NCBI GenBank assembly: GCA_965287045.1
Contig: OZ336888.1
Location: forward strand, 11,718,001 to 11,782,000
From: Carcharhinus amblyrhynchos
Taxonomy: Eukaryota
Reading direction: 5' to 3'
Length of the DNA: 64,000 nucleotides
The notes under the pieces are model-generated. The model did no database searches, was not told where the DNA came from, and saw nothing but the letters and a program-made list of their open reading frames with translations. Of the stretch, positions 37,121 to 49,385 are shown piece by piece (the stretch's first letter is position 1; the number at the start of each line of letters is the position of its first letter). Made by a program: the position numbers and the translations under genes.

Positions 37121-39069
37121 TTAGAGGGGAACTATTCAGCCCATCATTGCTCTACTAGAGCAATCCAAAACAATTTCCATTGCTCCACCTCTCCTTCTTT
37201 CTTCCTTTTTTTTGAATACCTACTCATATGACTCTTGAAAATTGTAACAATTTCTCCCTCTAATATGACTTGTGGCATCGAATCCCAAACAACACCATGC
37301 AAAGATATATCCCTCACTGCTTCTCACTCTCATTGTGATCATTCTAAATTAATGACTCCTCATGTCGTTTACCCAAGCAAAGGAAATAGTCTTTCTCTGT
37401 TAACTCTATCAATACCTCTGGATTTTTAAAATTCTATTAAATTTCCTGTTCACCTTCTTTACGCCAATGGAATTTGTTCCAGTCCCTCCCCATAATACCA
37501 GTTTCCCAATCTGGCACCAGCCAGGATGTTCTGGTGATATTCTGGGATACTACACAGGTGTTTAGATAGTTAATCCAGATGCAATTGATAATGCCCCAGT
37601 CTAGCATGCATTTTTTGAGAAACTCTTTCTTCCATCTTGATGTTAATGTATTTATTAGCATATTGACATAAGATAGCAATGAATTTCAAATTTGCCAAGC
37701 CTCCTGCAATTACCAAAACAGAATATACAGCAAAAAGGATTGAGTGCCATGTCCCTTACTGTTACTGATAGGATAGTACAGGTGTTAATCTTTGGTTGCA
37801 TTTCTAGTACTAGCTGTTATATCAGGAGGCGTAAACTGAAACCACATGGCCACCTAACTGCTGTGATGTAGGTAGTTCAGTTATACGTCAAATTCTCGTG
37901 CTATTTCCTGTAGTTCATACAACTTACAGCTGTTTTGGTAGAAGTATGCTTCCCTGAAGATATCTTTAGGCTCCTTCTCTGGCATGTTCTTGCTTTTTCT
38001 GAGCTCCATTCTTTCCCATCACCTGTAGGCAATGCAATGCCAGCTCAGAGTTTATCCAGTGGATTGTCCAATCTCAGCCTTGTTGATGTGTCAACTATTG
38101 GCAACAAAGGCTTTAGGTGCCTCAGAGCCAGTACAATGACATTTCCAAGCTAATATACCTAATTTTTCCACACTTTCTTTAAAGCTCTCAATTTCAGCTG
38201 CTTGTTGCTCCAGGGTTAACATTGCAAATATTTTCACACTGTATCCGAAAGATGTGTGGGTTAGGTAGATTGGCCATACTAAATTGACCCTAGTTTCAGG
38301 GGGATTGGCAGAGTAAATTTGTGGGGATACAGAGATAGGATGGGATTATGTTGGTGCAGACTCGATGGGTCGAATGGCCTACTTCTTTACTATAGGAATT
38401 CTCTGATTCTATGATACAGGACCCTTCTAGTCAATGCACATTCCAGACATCCCTTGACTGAAACACTGGTAAAAGATTTTCCAGCCTTAATTTCCTTACA
38501 CAAGGTACAGAGCTTTTCAAAACAGAGGATCATCAATCTTCATTCTCTCCTGCTAATCTCTTTCAAAATTTAATCAATAAATCAAAGTCAATGCAGGCCA
38601 TGGGCACCTCCAACTGAGTTTATTGTCTGCTCATTTCCACTCTAAAGATTTAGCTAACTAAAATATATTCCAAATATTCCCAAGTTCTTCCAATTATTTT
38701 TTTTCTTCACCAGTCACATCTGCACACTTCCAACGGAAACTCCAATAGCTCCACAGTATTCATTCATTAGCCAGGAAAATATAGTTGTCTTTAACCTCTT
38801 CATATTATTTATACTTTCCCCCTGCTGAGCAGAATGTGGTAAACTGAACTGTAGGGATGTTTCTTCTAGTTACTTTACTTCATGTTCTACTATTCTATTT
38901 TGACAAAAGCTACTTCTGATTCCTCTTCCCAGACACACACTGGGATATACTGTTGCTGTTTCACAAGGTGGACTTTCATCTGATTCTAGAATGGGTTTTA
39001 CCTGGAACTGGTTGCTCACCTGTCGTCAAAGGCTCGCTGCATCAAACATGGCTGACCAGGAGTCTCTCT

Positions 39070-39240
39070 CACTTCTACTGCCTGTCATTGTCGTGTTTGG
39101 AAGGATTTCAGAGTTTAATACTCAACCTATTTGACAGTGATATGAACACATGTGCCTTAGTCATCAAATCCCCTGCTGAGACTGGAACCTGGGCCTTCTG
39201 GCTCAGAGGCAGGGATGCGCCACAAGACCACCTACTGGGC
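39070..39240 (-). mobile_element. Old tRNA-derived SINE family 3 (related pieces at ~10355-10500 and ~31490-31640, plus strand)
   Basis: Shared head ctctgagccagaaggcccaggttc followed by gtgttcat...aaatccttccaa. Confidence 0.5.
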
Positions 39241-39434
39241 CTTGTCCATTACGTATAAAGAACAAACATTCCAATTCTTTATTATGAACTTGCAAAATAA
39301 AAACTGGGCCTTCTAATAATTCAGGGAAGTAAATCAAAAATGTGGACGGTGGAAATATGATTACTGGCTTCCATACAAACCTTTCCATCCACCTTTCTTC
39401 CTTTGGTCCTGACAGACATGCTGTGCGTGATAGA

Positions 39435-39950
39435 AACAAAAAGGAATTGCATTTATATAGCACCTTTCATGACTCAGCACTCCTCAACGTGCTTTACACT
39501 AATGAAGTGTGTTTCAATTTTAACCACTGTTGTAATGTAGGACGTTCAACTGCCATCCTGTGCACAGCAAGCTCCCACAGTAGCAATGAGGTCTCCTGGC
39601 CAATATTTATCCCTCAATCAACATCAGACAAGCAGGCTACCTGGTCATTACCATATTGCTGCTTGTGGGAGCTTGCTGTGCTCAGGATGGTGGTCAAATT
39701 TCCCACATTGCAACACTAATTACACTTCAAACACGCTCCATTAGCTGTAAAGCACTGGGAATAAAGCCCTTGCTCTTTCCTGGGGATAACCCCTCCCAGT
39801 CTTCCTCGAAGTAGTGCCATGGGATCTTTTACATCAACTTGCGAGAACAGACATGACCTCAACTTTACGATTTTTCAAATTGCTGCCAGCATTTATTGCA
39901 CATCTCTAATTGCCCTTGAGAGGTTGGTGTTCTCATCCAAAAGATAGCGT
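39435..39950. mobile_element. Cluster of Deu-domain SINE pieces in both orientations
   Basis: cctggccaatatttatccctcaatcaacatca...tgtgggagcttgctgtgc (+); ttgcatttatatagcacctttca and agtgccatgggatcttttacatc (-). Confidence 0.7.
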
Positions 39951-40504
39951 TCTCTAATTTAGCAGCATTTTCCCACTTTATTTGAAGTTTGGCAAGTGCA
40001 GTTAAATGCAGAAAACCAGAAGTTTCTGTCAGTTGTTCTACTCTCCTTCAAAGGATACACTGTTAAAGTCCTTACGGATAGTGATCAAGTGGAAATCACT
40101 GAGTGGATGAGAACTCATCCTTTTAGGCTATTAGCTTCAAAGTGAAAACTCTTACAAAAAGTTACATCTTGTAGAATAGTTTGTAACTGAGTGCTAAATG
40201 GTGTACACAATTCATTCCACAAGCTGAATAATCGTGCTGACTCTGAAAAACTAATTTTATATCGATGGTACGTCAAATTGCACTTTTATGAGAAAATAAT
40301 TCTACATATTTCATCAAAACAAATCTTGTTAATAACATTTCAGTGCCTACCTTAATCCCACATTTATTAATCCAATAATTTATTCCACGTCTCTGTAAAA
40401 TGTAATTAAAAACGAAAGATATTCAGCGCATTTTACACCCTGGTTTGCCGTCTATGAGGATACCTGAGTGTGATTGGCTGCTTACCCTTTTTGATGAGTT
40501 AAAA

Positions 40505-40646
40505 TTTTAAAATTTATTTATTAGTCATAAGTAGGCTTTCATTATCATTACAGTGAAGTTACTGTGAAAAACCCCTAGTCATCACATACTGGCATCTGTT
40601 CGGGTACACTGAGCGAGAATTCAGCATGGCCAATTCACCTAACCAG
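40505..40646 (-). mobile_element. HE1-type SINE, tail-B fragment
   Basis: Tail B plus the end of the V-domain. Confidence 0.8.
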
Positions 40647-41540
40647 TTACATCACAGTTGCTGGATGTCTCGAGATCCCAATTTAAACAGTGGAGAAGAA
40701 AATAACGATCAATGCCACTGCGATTGGGAGACCTTGGAGTGCAGCTTTCATTGAGAGTATCTATGGGTGCCATTTCTTTGTTGCTGACCATGAAATCTAG
40801 GCCATTAGTGACTAGAATTGTCGGGTAAGCTGTTACAGTTCTTATCACAAAAGGCACATTTAAAAAAAATACGTTTTGACACAGGTTTGATCCTGAGGAC
40901 TGCATGTGACATGAAGGCCAACGTTTAATCAATGTTGCAAGATTATTTGCGGCAGTATTGAATTAAGTGGCTACACCATGTGAAATGTTCTCTTTTTAAC
41001 ACTGCCAAAGTTCTCTCTTCTGAAAGATTTATTGACTTGAGCACTGTATGATTGTACTGTGATTTAACTACAAGAGACGGTAATTCCTAACCCTTGACAT
41101 GCCTCTCTGTTGTGATCTTATTTGGCTGAAACTCTTTCAATGGAACATGATGCCCCATTTTATGTAAATATATGTAAGTGGATCTACTTAGCAATGCTGA
41201 CAACACTTACCATGCTGGTGTCAGCATTTAGCAATTAGCTGTTATGTTATATGACTATTTATATTGAGGGAAGTTTGCCATTGCTAATATCTTGTTTGCT
41301 ATTTACCTGGGGTATACGACCAATTCAGTGTTAATGATTTTTGCATTTGCTGTGCCATTGGCAATTGGATTTCATTTTTATCATCATAGAATCCCTACGG
41401 TGCAGAAAGAGGCCATTCGGCCCACTGTGTCTGCACTGATTCTCCAACAGAGCATCTTATCCAGGCTCACCCGCTGTCCCATTCCTGTAACCCCACACAT
41501 TTACCCTGCCAATCCCTCTGACCTACATACCTTGGGACAA

Positions 41541-41669
41541 TGGAAGTGGAATTCTCTGGTCTCGCCTGCCAGAGGAATTGTAGCGAACGGGACAGACCAT
41601 GCAGAGGTCCGTTGACTTTGGGCGGGAATTTCCAGCCTTTGCGTGAGTGCGGCTAGAAAATCCCACCCT
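41541..41669. mobile_element. ~125-bp MITE; relatives at ~500-625, 1693-1822 and 35375-35490
   Basis: GGAATTCT...AAAATCCCACCC termini and shared interior gttgactttgggcgggaattt. Confidence 0.6.
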
Positions 41670-41957
41670 CGGACTCAGGAACTACCATGTATGCAACAAA
41701 ATAAAGTCATGCAGAATTCATTACTACAAATCTTTATTCTACCCATCTACAATCTATAAATAAATTGAAATTCACTGAACTTCCCCGTCAAGAAAATCCC
41801 AATGAAATTTGTTAAATTAATGGAAATGATGTGCTTTGTGAAATGACTGTTGAATCTATTATTTTCTCCTATAAGTTGGCATTCAAACAACTTTTGGGTT
41901 TCTGCAATGTTCAATCTGCTAATTAATATGTTAATATCTTACTGGGTGATTATCTCC

Positions 41958-42247
41958 TCATAAGATCCTACAGTCAGAAGGGGGCCATTCAGTCCATCAA
42001 GTCTGCACTGACCACAATCCCATCAATTTTCCCCAGCTAGTCCCCCTGACATTAAGGGACAATTTACCATGGCAAATCCACCTAACCTACAAATCTTTAG
42101 AGTGTGGGTGATAACTAGAGCACTTGGAGGAAACCCACACTGAGAGAATACGTAAACTCCAGACAGAGAGTGACCCATGCCGGAAATTGAACCTGGGTCC
42201 CTGGAGATGTGAAGCAGCAGTGCCAACCACTGTGCCACCGTGCCGCT
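41958..42247 (-). mobile_element. HE1-type SINE, tail A
   Basis: Full match. Confidence 0.88.
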
Positions 42248-42493
42248 CCTGCTAGCCCCTTGTTGGAGGATGGAGTCCTTCAAATGTTCAAAAAAGATCC
42301 TGCTTGAAGGAAGATGAGCTATTTTATTCACCTGAAGTGGTTACAACTTTGTGTACTGACAGTTTGCTTATCGCCAGCGCTGATATGAAATCAATAATCA
42401 TAAAAATCTTTAACTGTTTAATATCCATCACTTTAAAGTGAATTGGATAATTATTTGGAAGGGAAGATCCACTGAGGAAATGGGCAGAGAAAT

Positions 42494-43040
42494 AATCATA
42501 GGATCCATGCAATGCAGAAGGAGTCAATCCAGCCCATCGAGTCAGCACTGACTCCCCAAAGAGCATTCCATCCAGGCCCTCCACTTTGTCCTATTCCCAT
42601 AACCCTATATTTACCATGGCTAATCCCCCAAACCTAACATATTTGGACACTAAAGGGCAATTTACCATGGCTAATCCACTAACTTGCACAACTTTGGACA
42701 CTAAGGGGCAACTTACCACAGCCAAAAAACCTAACCTGCACATTTTTGAACACTAAGAGTCAATTTACCACAGCCAAAAAACCTAACCTGCACATTTTTG
42801 AACACTAAGAGTCAATTTACCACAGCCAATCCACCTAACCTGTACATTTTTGGACACTAAGAGTTAATTTACCATGGCCAATCCATTTAACCTGCACATT
42901 TTGGACTGGTGGAGGGAACCTCAGCATCCAGAGAGAACCCACACAGACTCTTGGAGAACATGTGATCTCCATACAGACACCCAAGATGGGAGTTGAACCC
43001 GGGTCCCTGGCACTCTGAGGTAAAGAAAGCTGACCACTGG
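42494..43040 (-). mobile_element. HE1-type SINE with an internal 6 x ~52-bp tandem array (42610-42906)
   Basis: Units start near 42610, 42661, 42713, 42764, 42816 and 42868 (tttaccatggc...cctaacctgcacat...gacactaag). Confidence 0.88.
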
Positions 43041-43999
43041 AATAACGATAATGGTAGATTAAATAGAACAGCTAGATTGATACTGGCACAATGGGCAAAA
43101 TGGCCTCTTTCTGCAAATTCTACTATTTTATGATTAAATTAGTTCCACCTTACTTGGTGTTTGGGAAGAATTGGTATCAAACCAATGAGGAGATAAAGCC
43201 AAGATGTATGATCCGATTATAAGTCAGAACAGAAAGAACACACAATAAATTAACAAGATACAAATTACAAATATGCTGTCATGCTGTGAGCTAAATTGGT
43301 AAAATAAGAATCTTGATTAAATGCATGGCATTTTAAATACTGCTCCTGCCCTCCTGTCCTGCTATCTTTGCCTTGTTCATGTGCTTGCTCTTCCTTGCTG
43401 CCTGTGGCTGTTTTTGCTTTAGTGCTGCTATTTTGTCTGCTGTTTGTCTTGAACTGGACAGCTTGTTCCAAGGTAGGGAACTGGTCGGATGCAGTAGCTT
43501 CTCAAGCACCTAATTTTGGCTTCACATGTTCTGTACTATTTTTGTCACTCCATTCCTGCCCACTTATAAAAATTTTGGGACCATATTACATCCTCACAAA
43601 AACGTACAGTTTAACATATTAACTCTTATGGAAGGATCAGAAACCATAAAGATAGCATTAATGTTTAAATAGTGAAGGGAGGAAGGGGCATGTTGCTGAA
43701 CTTGCCTTAACAAATTCCACATTAATTGCAATTTTACTTATTCTGAACAATGACACCACTGAAGGTAGAATCTCTTAAGTTGGGACACTACTTGCTTTGT
43801 GATCAACAGACAGTCTGACTAAGAGTTTATCATGAACCATACAAGCCAGCTAAGTTAATCAAAATAGGTTATTCAGTGCTACTAAACTGAACTTTCACAC
43901 AAGACCATTCAGTACTAGGTAAATGGGACAATTGTCAAATAAACGGATAATGCCATCTAAATGTCTATTTGAATATGTTTTCACTGATAAATGCATGGC

Positions 44000-44850
44000 T
44001 CATAAGTTCATAAGATATAGTAGAATTAGGCCATTCAGCCCATTTACTTTGTCATTTGATCATGGCTGATATGCTTCTCATCCCCGTTTTCCTGCCTTCT
44101 CCCCATAACCCTTCAACCCATTACCAATTAAAAATCTGTCTAACTCCTCCTTAAATTTACTCACTGTCCCAGCATCCAACATACTTTGGGATAGCGAATT
44201 CCACAGATTCACAACCCTTTGGGAGAAGTAGTTTCTCCTCAACTTGTCTTAAATTTGCTACCTCTCATCCTAAGACTCTGACCTCTCGTCCCGGAAAGCC
44301 CCACGAGATCCATACCTTTAATCATCTTATAAACCTCAATTTGATCTCCCCTCATTCTTTTAAATTCCAGAGAATATAGCTTAAACTCTTCAATCTCTCT
44401 TCATACAACAAACCTCTTATCTCAATAAATCTTGAATCAATCTAGTGAAGCTCCTTTGAACTGTCTCCAATGCCACTACATCTTTCCTCAAACAAGGTGG
44501 TCAAAACTGTGCACAATACTCCAGGTGCAGTCTCACCAATGTCTTGTATAGTTGCAACAGCACTTCCTTACCTTTATACTCTATTCCTTTAGCTATAAAT
44601 GCCAATATTCTATTCACTTTCGTTATTACCTGCTATATCTGCATGCTGGTTTTCTGTGACTCATGAACAAGGACACCCAGATTCCTCTGCACCAGAGCAC
44701 CCCGAAATTTCTCCCCATTTAGATAATAAGCCATCTTCTCATTTTTCCCGCCCAAAATGCATGACCTTGCACTTATCCACGTTAAACTCCATCTGCCATC
44801 TTTTGGCCCTCTCTTCTAACCTGTCTCTATCCATTGGTAGGGTTCTTATT
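44000..44850 (-). mobile_element. Degenerate CR1 ORF2 C-terminus plus 3' UTR
   Basis: Minus strand shows LVRLHLEYCAQF-like and RVVNLWNSL-like motifs; CR1 tail near 44000-44060. Confidence 0.85.
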
Positions 44851-47193
44851 TTCTTCATTATGAAGAAATGGACTTCATTATGAAGAAATAGTAATGGACT
44901 AACATGACGCGCGACCAGACACTGTATATGAGAGGATATTCAGTAGTCGTGTCCTCCCAGTAGCAAGGATAGTCAAAATGTGGCGGCCTATTTTCACCCT
45001 CACGTCCTTTAACAGCAGTTCCCAGTTACAGCACAGAATTGTTGCTTTTATCCAACGTTGAAAACTTCCTTCAGTCAGAGATAAGCAACAAAAGGTTAAC
45101 TTTAGTCACCACTGCACACTCCAAAAATCAAAGCCAACTGTGTTACACTGCAAGTTGAAACTGAAAACACAAATTACTGTTTTTGTTAGCCAGAAAAATC
45201 TGACCTTATTTTGTCACTTGCATTTATATCATTTTGATGGAACACGATTTTCCGTTACATTAGTGCATCCCCACAAAGGCATTGCATTGCGACTTAACAG
45301 TTGAATGTTCATCAATCCTGATGAAGAATTGTCATAAAGTAAACTCCATATTTATACAAATAAATGTCAGCTACTCCCCAACTTTCATCTGCTTACAATC
45401 AGTGGGAGTGTGAGAGTTGCTGTCAATGTCTATCACCGGTGCAATGCACAGACTGATGGAAAGGATAACCTCCTTATAGACCACTCTAAAATGAGGCTGC
45501 CTCCATTCACAATTCCCTTGAATCTCATGCGTGCAATGCTTTCACCGCTTCAGAGCGGATTCTGCATGCAACGTAGGCTTTTACACTCCATCTGTGCTGT
45601 TCCGCAGGTTGCCACTGAGCACTGCTTGAGTGTATCTGACAGATCCATGCAAGCAGGATGAATGACTCATGCTTACAAGGATACCGTTTTTGTGTACTTG
45701 GAGAAATCCATAACATCCTCTGTGTTATTCACTGATACTGTGATTGTGTTATACATATAGGAAAGTATATCTTTTCAATTCTCTAACCCCCCTGTGAAAG
45801 ATCACACTGGGTAAAGTCTATTAATGTCTCTATCTTTATGAGACAGCGGTGGACAGGCAGTATTCCTATTTATGGCTATCCTTCAGATGTATTAAAAATT
45901 CATTTGTGTGCCGCAGCTTCATCGTTCAAAAATGGTCTGGTTTCAAACCGCAATGATGATGTCCGCAAAATATTTCTTCCACAAGCTCATAGGAGAGGGC
46001 AGAGTCAAACAAAATCGCTTTCTTTTTAAAATGGTTAAGGTACGCGAGAATAGGAAAATACACAGTCCATGTGGATTAGCTACTGTGAATGCACTGAAAA
46101 GGTCACATACAACGATAAGCAGGAAACGTACAAATCCGAGGTCAAAATAATTTCCCTGGTTCTCATTTTTATATTGGTTGAAGCAAACTGCCCTCCAGCA
46201 CCTCATACAGTGCACTGGGCTTGGATGCAATTCTACCCCCGTATTGTTTCAAATTTACAACAGCCACAACATTGATCCGAATCAGTGAGTGGGGTTAGAG
46301 ACCTTGGTTGATTTCATATTTACTCAGAAATTGGTTAGAATGGGAAACTCACTTCCAAAGCCTTTGGGGAGAAAGGATTAAAAGTTGGTGCTCGTCGAGC
46401 GAGTTGAAGTGGGAGGTGTTTTATGGGGGAGGAGGTCCGTGTACAGCACAGAAAAAGGGGCCGAATGGCCAGCTTCTGTGTTGTTTGTGCCCATTTTTAC
46501 TGCAAACACATTTTTAGCTGCATCGCCACAGGATTCTTCTGAAGTACTTTGTTTTTTGCATACCTTTTGGTACTTTCATGCCAACCAAAAAACCCAATTC
46601 AATATTAAATCCAATTCATGGTCCCCACATGAGGGACAAACAAGATCCAAGTTGACAGGGTGAGGCATAGCACCCCCTCCTGGGCTTGGTCTGACACTTC
46701 ACCTCAGTCAAAAGGCTGAGATCGCTTTGAGAAATTGTTTAACATCACAAGCTGCCCTGATCCTTTACTCTAACATAGCCTGGGCAAACCACCATGGCAG
46801 GCGTCAGCACACCCCAAATGCAAAGGGTATAGCCTCGTACCTGTCTCATCATGGTCTCATCCCTGCCAGGTGAGTTTTCTTCTGCGGAACTACGGAGGTT
46901 GAAATCGATTTAATGACCTAGTGGACAGAATGTGGCTTTGACCAGTGCAGAAATTTATTTTATATTTTATCTGTAGGATTAAATCAAAAAACTTAATGAA
47001 AAGTTCTGCCTTGGTATTGATCAATTATGCTTGGAGGTTTATATGTGGTGCCACTAGGAATCATTGTGCATTAACCAAGTTGCAAAGACTCTGTCACAAG
47101 CGATGCTTAATTGGATTATAAAGCAAAGACGTGCAAATTTGTCTTTGATTCTTAACATACTTGGAGGATCTCAAGAACATACTTGAAAGTGAG

Positions 47194-47490
47194 AGCGGCA
47201 CGGTGGCACAGTGGTTAGCACTGCTGCCTCGCAGCACCAGGGACCTGTGTTCGATTCTTGCCTTGGGTCACTGTCTGTGTGGAGTTTGTACATTCTCCCT
47301 GTGGGTTTCCTTCAGGTGCTCTGGTTTCCTCCCACAGTCCAAAGATGTGTGGGTTTGGTGCACTAGCCATGTTAAATTGCCCCTGAGTGTGAGGGGGACT
47401 AGCTAGAGTAAATAGAGGGGTTCTGGGGATAGAGCCTGGATGGGATTATGTTTGATGGACCACGTGACCACCTTCTGCACTGTAGTATTC
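47194..47490 (+). mobile_element. HE1-type SINE, tail A
   Basis: Full match. Confidence 0.88.
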
Positions 47491-47749
47491 AATGAAACTA
47501 TTCTTGCCTAAAACCCTGCACATTCATTTAACTGCATTCAAACACGAAAGTCACCACCATTCAAAGGTTTAGTAAAAGTAATTGACAATATTGTTGATGG
47601 GGTTGACATTTAACAACATCACGTTTGCCAGTTGTAACCAAACCTAACAATACACTTCATTTTTCAAGGTTGCAGCACACACTTGACAGAGTTTGAAGGA
47701 GTGCTGTATGTCTCATGTTAACATTTCTACCTTTGTAAACAAACACAGT

Positions 47750-48812
47750 GGGAGCGATTTTACCATTTTTTTAAAGTGCTGGATGGGCTTGAAACTGGGA
47801 GAGTTTCAGATCCGCGTTTTGGGTGTGTTTTCAGCAACCCCCCCCACCACCCCCTCCCCCACCCGCCCGTACACACTCTGCCTGCAAAATTCTGAACAAG
47901 CCTGTTGCTCGCTGCAGAAGCCTGTGGGTGGGGCTTAATGTGCCTGAAAGCCTGCAGAGAGAGGTAATGCACATGTGCAGGCCTCTGATGCTGCACCTGC
48001 GCATGAGCAGTAGCAGGGGTCTGACAGACAAGGAGAGAGCTGTCAGGCCTCTGCTGGTGCAGGCGGCCTGAAATAGCTTCCTCCACTGTAATTGTGGGGG
48101 TCCTGTGGCCTGAGATATAGCCTCCACTGACAACCCCCTTCCTGCCAGCCAAATCAATTGTAGACCTCCCTTCCCCACTGATCGCAGACCAGCTGCCCTC
48201 CACCCACTAATCACGGACCCGCCGCCCTCCCCACACTGATTGCAGACCACTACCCTCACCCCACCGATCATTGCAAAGTGGCAGCGGGTCCCCTCTCCAT
48301 CCTCCCCCAACAATGATTCTGCAGAGTGACAGCAAGTCCCCTCCATAATTGCCCCTCCCTCATTAGCTGCTCCCTCATTAGTCCCTCCCCCACTGGCCCT
48401 GCTCCCTCTGGTCCTGCCTCACTGGCCCCGTCCCCTGACACTGCTCGGTGGGCATTGCCCAGGTGCCAGGGTGACACTGCTAGTCTGGCACTGCTCAAGA
48501 AGCACCACCCTTTGCTCTTGGCCTCCCTGGGGGGCCTCAGTGGCCTCTGGTTCCACCAGTGAGGCCAAGTTGACTGCTCCCTGTTCATGGGAAACATATC
48601 TATTCTTCCCTGGCAAGAACATTTCCCAGCGAGGTCATGAAGTGGGGGGGGGAGCCTGGATGATTGAGCGCCGGGCTCACTAAGCAGATGTAAATCAGCA
48701 TTACAATATACTTCCATTTATTAACCTACCTCCCGCCCATTTCCAGCAAGGCTGACTGCGCTGGAAATCCAACACTTGAAAACGAGTGCGACGCGATGGT
48801 AAAATTGCTCCC
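47750..48812. mobile_element. Non-autonomous TIR DNA transposon
   Basis: GGGAGCGATTTTACCAT ... ATGGTAAAATTGCTCCC (16/17 match). Confidence 0.75.
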
Positions 48813-48839
48813 ATTGTTAATGATGACAATGACAGTAGG

Positions 48840-49385
48840 GAGTAGGAGCAGTTTTGGTCCCCTTATCCAAGGGAAAATATACTGGCATTGGGGACAGTCC
48901 AGAGAAGGTTCACTTGGTCAATCCTAGCATGGAGGTATTTTTCTTATGAGGAGAAGTTGAGGAGGTTGGGCCTAAACTCATTAAAGTTTAGAAGAATGTG
49001 AGGCGACCTCATTGAGAGATACAGGATTTGCAGGGGGCTTGATAGGGTCGATGTTGAGAGCTTGTTTCCCTTTGTGGGGGTGTCTAGGACCGGAGGAAAT
49101 AATCCCAGAATAATGGGGTTGCTCATTTAAGACAGAGATGAGGAGGAATTTCTTCTTTCAGAAGGTAGTGAATCTGTGGAATTCTTTATCGCAGAGAGCA
49201 GTAGCTGTTGGTTCATTAAGTCTATTCAAGGCTGATTTTTAATCAGTAAGTGAATGAAGGGTTATGGGGATAAGGTGGGAAAGTGGTGATGAGGATTATA
49301 CCAGATCAGTCATCATGCGATTGAATGGTGGAGCTGATTTGACGGCCTACTCAAAATGCCTATTTCTGCTCTGATGTCTTTGGTC
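48840..49385 (+). mobile_element. Degenerate CR1 3' end
   Basis: QFWSPY...EEKLRRLGL...RRNFFFQKVVNLWNSL-like motifs. Confidence 0.85.

Noticed and set aside
42610-42906. CRISPR-like array
   Set aside because: Units are contiguous with no unique spacers and derive from HE1 SINE sequence; no cas genes; eukaryotic context.
43368-43480. Hydrophobic ORF ending at AAG|GTAGGG as a second signal-peptide exon
   Set aside because: No in-frame ATG after the upstream stop and no clear acceptor; T/G-rich composition explains the hydrophobicity.
44851-44890. Palindromic 19-bp tandem duplication as an operator-like site
   Set aside because: It sits at the truncated 5' junction of a CR1 and is most simply a repair or slippage product.
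47693-48717. Cluster of 70-171 aa ORFs as a transposase
   Set aside because: No DDE or DNA-binding motifs seen; GC-rich low complexity lengthens frames on both strands.
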